The notes beneath the pieces are model-generated. The model saw nothing but the letters and a program-made list of their open reading frames with translations. It was not told where the DNA came from and did no database searches. From Acidobacteriota bacterium (lineage in GTDB: Bacteria; Acidobacteriota; CAIWXX01): a stretch of 64,000 bases of DNA. Where the stretch lies: assembly GCA_040755995.1 (NCBI GenBank), contig JBFMAF010000028.1, forward strand, positions 152,221 to 216,220, written 5' to 3'. This document shows positions 12,200 to 20,632 of this stretch, one piece after another. The position numbers were made by a program, and so were the translations under genes. How positions within the stretch are numbered: position 1 is the first letter of the stretch; each line of letters starts with the position of its first letter.

Positions 12200-12541
12200 T
12201 CACGATATCGTCGAGTTCTTTCGCAAGGTAGGTACGAACACCACAGAGTCCCGCGTGCCTTCAGGTACGCTTCGGCGACGTCGATCTCTTGCTGCCGCGT
12301 CTCGATCTCGCCGGCATTCTGTTTCTCGGAGAGCATTCGGGACGGGATTCCCGTGTCTCGCAATCAACGTGCGCTCCCTGTCGGAGAGGCGTTCGAGGTG
12401 GTCGATATCGAACAAGCCGAGGTCCCCGCAGTGAAACACGGCCACGAGTGAAGGATGCCGTTCCAACTCCAGTGAGACGATCCGCTCCAGCGCGTCGAAC
12501 TGGCAATGCGTGTCCGCCACGGCAATGATCTGCTGCGCCAT
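12200..12541 (-). pseudogene. Truncated calcineurin-like metallophosphoesterase (N-terminal fragment)
   Basis: IIAVADTH and VFHCGDLG motifs present; the GNH motif and the rest of the fold are absent. Confidence 0.5.
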
Positions 12542-12720
12542 CCTTTTACTCTTCCTCGTGTGAAGACCCTGGCTTACTCCAGCTCCCAGGTCCGCTATTC
12601 GAGGTTGGTCACGACGCGAGTCTATGTACCGGCGGCAGGCCGGTCAACTCTCTTGTGCCCTGGCGTGCGGGAGCGGTGGCGCCCCGGCCGCGCCGGCGGG
12701 GCGCCACCCACTCCGTCCTC

Positions 12721-12992
12721 CTACTTCACGACGAACCGTGTCGTGTTGGACTTCGCTCCGTTCACCACCGCGTACACGCTGACCGTCCCTTTCTTCAGCT
12801 TCTTCGAAATGGTCACCTTAAGCTGGCTGGGGGAGGCCGACTTGATCGTGCCCTTTCGATGGATCGTGCCTGCGGATCTTGGCCGCAAGCTCGTCTTTGG
12901 TCAGCTCAGCCGGCGCAGCCGCCGACCCACGAAGCAACCGATGAGCACAAGAACAATGCCACGAGAACCGGAGGCCATGTTGACTTGATCAT
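12721..12992 (-). pseudogene. Internally deleted/frameshifted secreted protein remnant (signal peptide + IPT/TIG-like C-terminus)
   Basis: AAGGAG RBS, ATG 12992 MIKSTWPPVLVALFLCSS..; a different frame gives KGTIKSASPSQLKVTISKKLKKGTVSVYAVVNGAKSNTTRFVVK* ending at 12721. Confidence 0.55.
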
Positions 12993-13022
12993 TTCGTCAC
13001 TCCTTTCACTGCAGTCCCTCGT

Positions 13023-13038
13023 TGCAACCCGCGTGCCA
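13023..13038 (-). promoter_or_regulatory. sigma54 (-24/-12) promoter
   Basis: Minus strand reads TGGCAC-GCGGG-TTGCA, an exact consensus match 30 nt upstream of ATG 12992. Confidence 0.75.
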
Positions 13039-13117
13039 GGCCGGCTTGATTGCGTGAACTTGCTGAGCCGATTGATTTCGGCCTTCCGCGATGGAGTGGT
13101 CGGGTCGAGGCAGGATT

Positions 13118-13166
13118 AACTCAACCTCACTGGAACGCGAGATGAATCAGAACTCAACTACTCAAC
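13118..13166. promoter_or_regulatory. Putative upstream activator sequences (WACTCAAC x3)
   Basis: AACTCAAC 13118 and 13151, TACTCAAC 13159; 80-130 bp upstream of the sigma54 promoter. Confidence 0.5.
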
Positions 13167-13563
13167 TGCGAGCGCAGCGAGCCCGGCGCCGGCACTCGTC
13201 CTGGCAGAGACCACGTGGAGACCGCCTGCCTGTTTCTCGATCTCGCCTGCATGTCGTCGCGGTGGAGTACGGGCCAGTCGCCTGGAACATGGACGGGCGT
13301 GAGATAGGCATGGCTCCCGGCGTATCCGAGCTCCGTTCGGAGCTGATTTCGGTGGGGCATCTAGCTCTGTTGCCGGCCGGGCGCTACTTGTCAGAAGGGA
13401 ACGCGGCCAGCGCACGCTGGTAGTCCTCGATGAGCTCGTGGACTCCACCGTAGAGCTTCTTCCCCCTCCCGCCCTCGGCGACTGTCACCCACGGCCACCA
13501 CGCAGCGTGTGCGGTATCCTGAGTGGCAATCTCGGTCGACTGGGAGCTGACACTGTCCAGCCG

Positions 13564-14166
13564 TCACTGCTCTAGGTATGCCCGCAGGGCGTCAACGAGC
13601 TCGCGCCTCCGAGCGCCCATTACGATGAACTCTATCCGATCGCCCTTCTGGAATGCCAGCTTGCCCGGGAAGATGAGGGACTTGACGCTCAGATACTCCT
13701 TGCCGTTCATGACGAAATTGCAGGAATCCATGCGAGGGAAGTGCAAGTACACCTCGCAATCGTAGATCCTGGCGACATCACCGAGTCTTGATGTAGGCTC
13801 GATCTGGTGCCCTTCCTCCTTCTCGATAGCCTGAGTCACAACAAGGAACTCGTTGGCTTCGAGACTCTCCTTTTCTCTTCTCCAGATCTCGGCGAAGCGC
13901 CGAATCCACTCTGCAGCGGCCCGTTCCTTTCCAATATCGCGGCCTTCTTCCTGAGAGCGATACCACTGGTGCTTCTCTATTTCACCCAGTTGCTCCGTGT
14001 TCTCCTGCTGCAGCTTTGAGCCGGCCCACAGGGCCCGGTATCGCGCCGTGAAATCCTCGATGGCCTCTTCGATGGAAACCTCCTTTCCCGATTTCTCCGA
14101 GAGATACCACTTGTGCTCCTCAATGGCTCGGAGCTCCGACGCGTCCAGTTCGGCTTTCTCGACCAT
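13564..14166 (-). CDS. Tandem DUF4032-like repeats fused to an HPr/Crh-like domain
   Basis: Two repeats (IEEHKWYLSEKSGKEVSIEEA; IEKHQWYRSQEEGRDIGKERA). C-terminus GHQIEP..A..YDCEV..VKSL..L.FQKGDRIEF..G resembles HPr. Confidence 0.65.
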   Translation of the reverse strand: MVEKAELDASELRAIEEHKWYLSEKSGKEVSIEEAIEDFTARYRALWAGSKLQQENTEQLGEIEKHQWYRSQEEGRDIGKERAAAEWIRRFAEIWRREKESLEANEFLVVTQAIEKEEGHQIEPTSRLGDVARIYDCEVYLHFPRMDSCNFVMNGKEYLSVKSLIFPGKLAFQKGDRIEFIVMGARRRELVDALRAYLEQ

Positions 14167-14460
14167 GGCTGCCCCCTTCGCCTTCTCCCCTCTGGAACAC
14201 GTCTGCAGAAACCATGCCAGGTAACTCAACCGCTCACCCTTGTCGCCAGATGGAGCTGTAGAATCCTCGAAGAATCATGGTAGCATCAAACAAGGTGTGA
14301 TGTTCGTCCCGAGGATTGCTGAGGGAGAAGACCTTGTGGATCACGACACGCAGGCCAGTGACTCACCTCCACGTCGGAGGGTCGAAGGCCATGGTGATCG
14401 GCACCTTCAGAGTCTCCGGTGACTCTCATTGTTCATGACCACCGAATGAGGAGGACTCCG

Positions 14461-15258
14461 ATGACGGGAGAGGTGATGCCGAGGTTTCACCAAGAAACGA
14501 CAACGCCTTCGCGCAAGCTGGGCCAGATCCCACGCGGCCTGTTGCTCTGCGTTGCCTGTCTACCTTGGATTCGGACAGTGCATTCGGCGCCTGTTTCGAC
14601 AACGGCCAACCGTGATGGCGTCCTCATCACGACTGGCGGAATGAAGGAATGCCCGACCATGACCGTGTATCCTGAGACTCTCCCCGACGGCACGGTCGGC
14701 GAGCCCTATGCCGCCACGATCTGGGCCGATGGCGGCACACCGCCGTATGTGTTTACGTTGGCTCCTCAGGGATCACTTCCTTACGGTCTTTGGCTCAGTC
14801 CCAGCGGCCTTCTATCCGGCACGCCGACGTTCAATGCCGGGTATTCCTTCCGCGTCTTGGCGACCGATTCCGTGGGTTGTTACAACTCGAGGGACTATCA
14901 CGTTAGTATCTCCGAGCCCCAGCTGCCCGATCTCCTCGGAGATATCCTCAACGTGAAAGTTCGGGGAAGTAGCCTGGATATTTCGTTCTGGTGCTACAAC
15001 GAGGGTCCGCTTGGCGCAGGTCCCTTCAGGGTCAAGCTCTTCCTATCGAGGAGCAAGCGCTTTGGAAGGGGCTCCCAGATGGCCTCTCTTGTCAAGATTC
15101 CCGGATTGCCGAGCAAGTCCGTGACCCGTGTAATGAGGGTCAAGTTCGAGGCAAGCAGGAGGCTAAAGAATCTGGTCCTCCAGGTGGATTCTGAGAAGGT
15201 GATAGCCGAGATCGACGAGACGAATAACCTGGATTGGAAGGAGATCCCCTGGCGGTAG
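14461..15258 (+). CDS. Secreted protein with putative Ig (He_PIG-like) and CARDB domains
   Basis: LPDGTVGEPY..GGTPPYVF..LPYGL.LS.SG.LSGTP; PDL..NEG..AGPF.V..VDSEKVIAEIDETNN. Start uncertain. Confidence 0.7.
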   Translation: MTGEVMPRFHQETTTPSRKLGQIPRGLLLCVACLPWIRTVHSAPVSTTANRDGVLITTGGMKECPTMTVYPETLPDGTVGEPYAATIWADGGTPPYVFTLAPQGSLPYGLWLSPSGLLSGTPTFNAGYSFRVLATDSVGCYNSRDYHVSISEPQLPDLLGDILNVKVRGSSLDISFWCYNEGPLGAGPFRVKLFLSRSKRFGRGSQMASLVKIPGLPSKSVTRVMRVKFEASRRLKNLVLQVDSEKVIAEIDETNNLDWKEIPWR

Positions 15259-15396
15259 TTGAGCTATTGGCAGTCTGAGCTGGCACATGCCGGAGCCCGG
15301 ATCCGTGTCTTAGTGTACAGGTGTATTGCACGTATTGCGTGCGGGGAGTCCGGATTCCACTTGATCATGCGTCCCGCGCATGTGGCCCAGGCGCAG

Positions 15397-15600
15397 TCAT
15401 AGCCAGCCCCTCCCCTCGCAACGCGGACAGGGCATCTCCTGCCGTGACCCTTCGTACCAGATTCCTGTTCCGGCGCAACTGAAACACCTGCCGTACTCAT
15501 CTGTCCCATCCTTCTCACAAGCCCGCCTCCAGCCGCCCGGAAACAGCCTGCACGTTCTCAGCCATTCCCAGACCCTTGAAGACCACCCACTTTTCTTCAT
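15397..15600 (-). CDS. Small protein with two DnaJ-type CxxCxGxG zinc-finger motifs
   Basis: CFSCAGTG and CPRCEGRG; starts 6 nt after the stop of the upstream RyR-ATPase gene. Confidence 0.5.
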   Translation of the reverse strand: MKKSGWSSRVWEWLRTCRLFPGGWRRACEKDGTDEYGRCFSCAGTGIWYEGSRQEMPCPRCEGRGWL

Positions 15601-15606
15601 CGATGC

Positions 15607-18258
15607 CTACCTCTTCACCCGTTCCACCGCATACCCTGTGCGCGCCAGGATGCGCGGGATACCGCGGATCATGTCGCGATCGATTTGTTTGATAGCGTCC
15701 GAGAGCTGATCCCATTCCACGAGATACTCGTTCCGCTTCGGGTCATCCGGCGTTGGTTTGCCGAGCTTGAATCCGGCGGCCAGCTTTGCATCCATCCACA
15801 GCTGATGCTCGATCTGTGCCAGCTTCTCCAGGTCGTCCCCCGGGAACTCAAGCGGGGGTTGGTTGCTCCGCGAGGGAAGCATCGCGTAGCCGGCCATGCT
15901 CAGCTTCAAAGGGATCGCGCGCACCGTCACTCGGTTCGATTCCTTCGCCAATTCGGGAAGCTGGTCATACGGTATCAGCAGCGGGTGGGTCTTCGCCTGC
16001 TCGCTCTTCGTTTCTCCGTAGCGCCACCCGTCTCGTACTTTCCCATCGCAGAAGACGTCGTGTGCGGCGGCAGCCAGACGCTCCAGGAGCTCCTCGGTCA
16101 GCACGATCTGCTGCACCAGCGAGAGAAACTCCAGCCCGTTGACGTGCAGGTTGAGCTGGTCCTCGGGAGGCAGGCACGAGCGTTCGTAGCACGCCTTGCC
16201 GCTGAGCTGGCTCATCATGACGATCGACTCCATCGATCGTGCGCCGTGGCGGTACCGGCTCACTTGGAGATACGCACGCAGAACACCGGCGTCGATGCGG
16301 AGCAGTTCCAGCCCGCTTTTCTTCTCGACGAGCTGAGGCGACTGGCGCGAGAGCATCGATCGGAGCAGGATCGCTCTCCGGATGATGTGGTGCGGATCCG
16401 AACTGGCGTCCCCGCCGACTGGATTCGGGCCCATCACGGTCACGTGCCCTTTGAGCCGGCTCACGAAGTCCGGTCCTTTAGCTGCCCGGAACTGCTCCTC
16501 GGTCAACCCGTGGCCGAAGCTCTCCATGCGCTCGCAGGTGCCGCCCGCGAAGACGAATATCGCGGGCCCTATCGGGTGCACCACCTGCCCTTCCTGGAAG
16601 ACGCCGTCCTGCATGGGGGCGAGGAAATGGCGCAGCCAGCCCAGAGGCTGCCCCTGCAGCGCCGTGTCGAACTCGTCCCAAAACACCAGCGGCATGCTGC
16701 CTGAGAGCCCCGCGTCCCGCACCTGATGCAGCGCCTGATGGAGCTCGTCCACATCTTCGATCTGCGACAGGTTGAACTCCAGCCTCTTGATAACACCGGG
16801 GAGCAATGACCGCGCCACCTCACCAATTCCGAACGACTTCCCGGAACCGGGCGATCCGAACACGGCGATCGAGATCGGGCGCTTCTGGCGGCTCTGGCTG
16901 CAGTACTCGCCCACCAGCGCACGGATGCTTCTGAAGCTCTCGATCTCGTGGCGGTCGACCGTAAGCAGATTGCCGAAGCGCCCGTGCGGTACGTCTAGAA
17001 GCGCTCTCTCGACACCCTCTAACACAACGCGTTGTGCCACCTGGTCTAGCGAATCGGGGTGACGGTCCTCGAGGATCGTCCAGAAGCTCGTGTCGCTGGT
17101 GTGAGGCGCCGTCGGCTGCCGCTGCGTGATGAAGCGCACGGGGTCCTGGACTTCGACCACCGCGTAATTGGGCGCGTCCGCGCCGATCTCTCTGGCGATC
17201 TGCTCGATCGGGAACTCCAACTGCGTCCCTTCGTGTCCCTCGGCACGGCTCACGTAGCCATCGAGATGGAGCCTGGTGACGGCGGCCAGACCGGCCTGGA
17301 TGCCCCGCTGTATCTGCCGATTCGCCGGATCGATCATCAGTTCTCGAGCGATGGCGGCGGTCAGACACGTGTCGTAGCCGACCATGCCGCCAAAATGGTC
17401 GTGCGCCCACATTCCCTCTATGACCTCGGGGTCGAAGAACAGGAAGTACTTTGCGGCCGGGGCGCCAACTTCTGCAGCGGTTCGCGACAGAAGGAAAGCT
17501 CCCGCCCCGTCGAACGAAACGACGACGTGAGCGCACGAGGAGAGCGCATTGACCCTGGGGTTGTGCATTATCTCCCAGGCCAGGTCCTGCGCCGTCCGCT
17601 CCCACGAGAGCTCGCGGCTGATCTGTACTTCCGTGCGCCTCAGGTCATCGACGTGCATGATCGCGATGAGTCGCCCCTGGAACGTATTGCGGAGGTGTTC
17701 CCACAGCGCGCCCGCCGCGATAGGGCGTGACATCCTGAGGACCGCCCAGCAGCGCGGCGAGGGCCGCTTCACCGCCTCGGGCCAGACGTCCGGTCGGCCT
17801 CGGAATCCCAGGTCGGCGTCGTCGATGACGATCAGGTCGACGGTCTCGGGGTCGGCCTCGCAACGCGAGAGCGCCGCGCCGTCACTGCCCGGATCGGATC
17901 CGATGAACTCGGCGACCCGCCAGGCGGATCGGCGTGGGCCCGATTTCGAGCTGTGGTCGTAGGGCGACCAAATGGCGAAGGTCTGATGGTAGCGGCGGTC
18001 GTCGGGTGAGATGCTCCCCCGAGGCTCCTCGATTCTCTTGACGAGCCAGGTCCCCTTCGCCTCCTCCGGCAGTTGTCCGCCGATCGCCTCGATGAGATCG
18101 CCCAGGCGCGCGGCCCCGCCTCGCTGCCAGGAGGCGCGGGCAAGAGAACTCGACTGAGTTCTGGCCGCGTGGGGATCGGGGGTTCGCGCGATGCTCCAGT
18201 CGACCGTGATATGGCCGGTGACCAGTGCGACTTTCTTGGAACTGCCGGTGCCTGTCAT
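15607..18258 (-). CDS. Ribokinase-like fold + AAA-type P-loop ATPase + tandem RyR domains
   Basis: Walker A GSPGSGKS, Walker B LVFWDEFD. RyR repeats LAAAAHDVFC..GWRYG..THPLLIPYDQLPE and LAQIEHQLWM..YLVEWDQLS..IDR. N-terminus VTGHITVDW..RGGAA is PfkB-like. Confidence 0.8.
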   Translation of the reverse strand: MTGTGSSKKVALVTGHITVDWSIARTPDPHAARTQSSSLARASWQRGGAARLGDLIEAIGGQLPEEAKGTWLVKRIEEPRGSISPDDRRYHQTFAIWSPYDHSSKSGPRRSAWRVAEFIGSDPGSDGAALSRCEADPETVDLIVIDDADLGFRGRPDVWPEAVKRPSPRCWAVLRMSRPIAAGALWEHLRNTFQGRLIAIMHVDDLRRTEVQISRELSWERTAQDLAWEIMHNPRVNALSSCAHVVVSFDGAGAFLLSRTAAEVGAPAAKYFLFFDPEVIEGMWAHDHFGGMVGYDTCLTAAIARELMIDPANRQIQRGIQAGLAAVTRLHLDGYVSRAEGHEGTQLEFPIEQIAREIGADAPNYAVVEVQDPVRFITQRQPTAPHTSDTSFWTILEDRHPDSLDQVAQRVVLEGVERALLDVPHGRFGNLLTVDRHEIESFRSIRALVGEYCSQSRQKRPISIAVFGSPGSGKSFGIGEVARSLLPGVIKRLEFNLSQIEDVDELHQALHQVRDAGLSGSMPLVFWDEFDTALQGQPLGWLRHFLAPMQDGVFQEGQVVHPIGPAIFVFAGGTCERMESFGHGLTEEQFRAAKGPDFVSRLKGHVTVMGPNPVGGDASSDPHHIIRRAILLRSMLSRQSPQLVEKKSGLELLRIDAGVLRAYLQVSRYRHGARSMESIVMMSQLSGKACYERSCLPPEDQLNLHVNGLEFLSLVQQIVLTEELLERLAAAAHDVFCDGKVRDGWRYGETKSEQAKTHPLLIPYDQLPELAKESNRVTVRAIPLKLSMAGYAMLPSRSNQPPLEFPGDDLEKLAQIEHQLWMDAKLAAGFKLGKPTPDDPKRNEYLVEWDQLSDAIKQIDRDMIRGIPRILARTGYAVERVKR

Positions 18259-18467
18259 GGTTTGACTCCGTCGAGTTGGGTCTCTGTTACGAAGAGGCTG
18301 TGTCCGATGCCGATGTCCAAACTCCAGAATCACATTCTACTATGTTTCACATGACTAGCTGCCGACTCTGCTAGGGGCAGTAGACACGGCGCCGGGGAAT
18401 CGAGTATGAACATGCCATCGAGTTGCTCGGCCGAGCGCCTCCAGCACTCGGAGAACGGGAGGGATAC

Positions 18468-19415
18468 ATGGACGCGTTTCAATCAGAACATGACATCCTG
18501 CGCTATTCGCGGCAGGTCGTGCTGAAGGCGATGGACAATGTGCGGGCGAGGATGCGCGGCTCCGATCGGCTGACACTCAGCGGCACCGTCGAGAGCCCGC
18601 AGGTCGCGAAGGCAGAGCTGAACCTGACGAAGGGCATCGATGCCGCGACAGAGGAGCTGATCGTCGGGACCCTGCAGAAGAAGCTCGCCAGGATACCCGC
18701 GATCAAGACGTTCTCGGTCTTCTCGGAGGAATGCGGGATTTTGAGGTTTCCTCGCGGGGCGAAGGAGGCCGACGCGGACCTGGTGGTCTTTGTCGATCCG
18801 ATCGACGGCACCGAGTTCATCGAATCACTTCAGGGCGGCTGGTGCCTCGTCGCGGTGTATGACCGCAGGGCCAATGAGACCATAGTGGCCGTGGCCGGCG
18901 ACATCTTCCTTGACCGCCTCTACTGGGCATCCAAGAGCAGCTACGCCGAGGCGATCGACTTCGCGACACACTCATGGTTCAAGCTTGACGGCGGGCCGAA
19001 TCCGAAGACGGAACTTGCCGGAGCGCGAGTGAACTTCCTGACGACGAAGGTTGGCCGTTACACATCGGTGGCGAAACAGAAGCGTTTACTCGACGCCATC
19101 AAGCGAAAGGACGGCAGGATCAACCTCTCATGGGGCTCGAACATGATCGTGCAGGTTGCCGCGGGATACGCGGATGCCGCCGTCGAGTTCACCAAGGGAT
19201 TCGCGACCTACGACCTCATCCCCGGGCTCTTCATCGGCCTCCGCGCGGGGCTCACGATTCTTGACCTGAAGGGAAACCGAATCGGGACGACGCTGGATAT
19301 CGACGAGATCTTCGCGACCTGGCGGAGAGACCCGAAGCGCCCGAAGCGGATGTCGTTCATCGCGGCCAAGCACGAGAAGCTGGCGAGGGAGATCCTGGAG
19401 CTCCTGGAGTTATAG
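18468..19415 (+). CDS. Inositol monophosphatase/FIG superfamily phosphatase
   Basis: TKGID..E, FSEE, VDPIDGT, VAAGYADA, YDLIPG motifs. Confidence 0.8.
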   Translation: MDAFQSEHDILRYSRQVVLKAMDNVRARMRGSDRLTLSGTVESPQVAKAELNLTKGIDAATEELIVGTLQKKLARIPAIKTFSVFSEECGILRFPRGAKEADADLVVFVDPIDGTEFIESLQGGWCLVAVYDRRANETIVAVAGDIFLDRLYWASKSSYAEAIDFATHSWFKLDGGPNPKTELAGARVNFLTTKVGRYTSVAKQKRLLDAIKRKDGRINLSWGSNMIVQVAAGYADAAVEFTKGFATYDLIPGLFIGLRAGLTILDLKGNRIGTTLDIDEIFATWRRDPKRPKRMSFIAAKHEKLAREILELLEL

Positions 19416-19520
19416 CTCGAATCGGCTCAGGCACCATGCGCAACGCAGGGTCACGGCGTCGTCCCATCTGCCATTCGAGATATCGTAAGCGACCGATGCC
19501 GTGACGGTCGGCGGGCGCAG

Positions 19521-19916
19521 CTACAGAGCCCGCGCGATTTCATTCAGGCAGTACCCATCGGGCATCCGCGCCGAATGCGGTGTCATCAGGAGGACTACCC
19601 TGCCCGTCCGTGGGATCTCGGAGGCCCAGTCAAGGCCTTGCTCGATATGGCTCTCCCAGTCCGCGCCGGGCTTGAGCTTCTCCACGTCGAACCAGACGGC
19701 ATGCCCATGCGCGACAAGGTCTTCTTTCAATCTCTGAGCAACCGCAGCATGTTCGTCATGCCCGTAGCTCAGAAAGATGCGGCGGGAGGTACGCAGCTTC
19801 CCGGCCGAGAACTCATCGCAGCAATCCACGCACACCTGAACTTGGCGCTTGGGGCTGAAGTGGAGATTCGGCGACCCGCACGCGGGGCAGACCGTATCGG
19901 CTGGCAGACCCGACAT
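19521..19916 (-). pseudogene. Zinc-ribbon + truncated TIR domain (remnant of a TIR-STAND-WD40-like gene)
   Basis: CPACGS..CVDC, then RIFLSYGHDE..VWFD..WESHIEQGL..LLMTPHS..DGYCLNEIARAL*; stops just after the catalytic Glu helix. Confidence 0.65.
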
Positions 19917-20003
19917 TTCGCGGGGATTCTAAGGAAGCGCGTGGGACATGACAATGTGCGGGAGCCGCGCAGCCGCGCATCTGACAGGAGGCGCAGAAAT
20001 CGC

Positions 20004-20032
20004 TTGACTGGCGGGCTTCACCTGCCTATGTT
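20004..20032 (+). promoter_or_regulatory. Putative sigma70 promoter for the NUDIX-channel-RelA/SpoT operon
   Basis: TTGACT-N17-TATGTT. Confidence 0.45.
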
Positions 20033-20206
20033 GGGATACCATGTCTCTGGAATGGCGCAGCGAACACTGCTCTGTCCGCTGCCGCGTCAGTCTGGAGTCC
20101 TGGATTCTGAAAGAGAGGTCCCGAGCACTCGGGCCCGATTCCCGAGAAGATCTGCACTGGAGCACAATACGGACGCGCAGTCGTCCCGAAAGCGGAGGTG
20201 GATCGA

Positions 20207-20617
20207 ATGGACAAGCCGTTAGGGGTCGCGGGGAAATCGATCATCAGGAAACAGGGCAAGATCCTTCTGCTCCAACGCTCGCTGAGCTCCACGCATGACC
20301 CCGGCTTGTGGGAGCTGCCGGGCGGGAAGATCGAATATGGCGAGGTCCTGACGGAGGCGCTCGAACGAGAGGTCACAGAAGAAACCGGGCTCACGATCGA
20401 GGTACGCAAACCCATCACGACGTGGCACTTCTACAAGCTGCCGTTCTGGGTCACCGGGGTCACGTTCCTGTGCGACCACGTCGGCGGCGATGTCACGCTG
20501 AGCTCGGAGCACTACACGTACGCCTGGATCGATCCCCTGGAGTACCGTAACTACTCGCTGAGCACCTCCATGAAGGAACAGATCGAGGCGTATCTCGAGA
20601 GCCAACGACTGTCATAA
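20207..20617 (+). CDS. NUDIX hydrolase (MutT-like)
   Basis: Nudix box WELPGGKIEYGEVLTEALEREVTEETGL; LSSEH..YAW. Confidence 0.9.
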   Translation: MDKPLGVAGKSIIRKQGKILLLQRSLSSTHDPGLWELPGGKIEYGEVLTEALEREVTEETGLTIEVRKPITTWHFYKLPFWVTGVTFLCDHVGGDVTLSSEHYTYAWIDPLEYRNYSLSTSMKEQIEAYLESQRLS

Positions 20618-20632
20618 CGCGATGCAAGTGCG

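Noticed and set aside
13384..13563. In-frame continuation past the TGA of the Crh-like gene (readthrough or selenocysteine)
   Set aside because: The HPr-like domain is complete at the TGA and no SECIS is evident; more likely gene debris.
20035..20200. Riboswitch in the leader of the NUDIX operon
   Set aside because: No recognisable aptamer consensus; a covariance search is needed.
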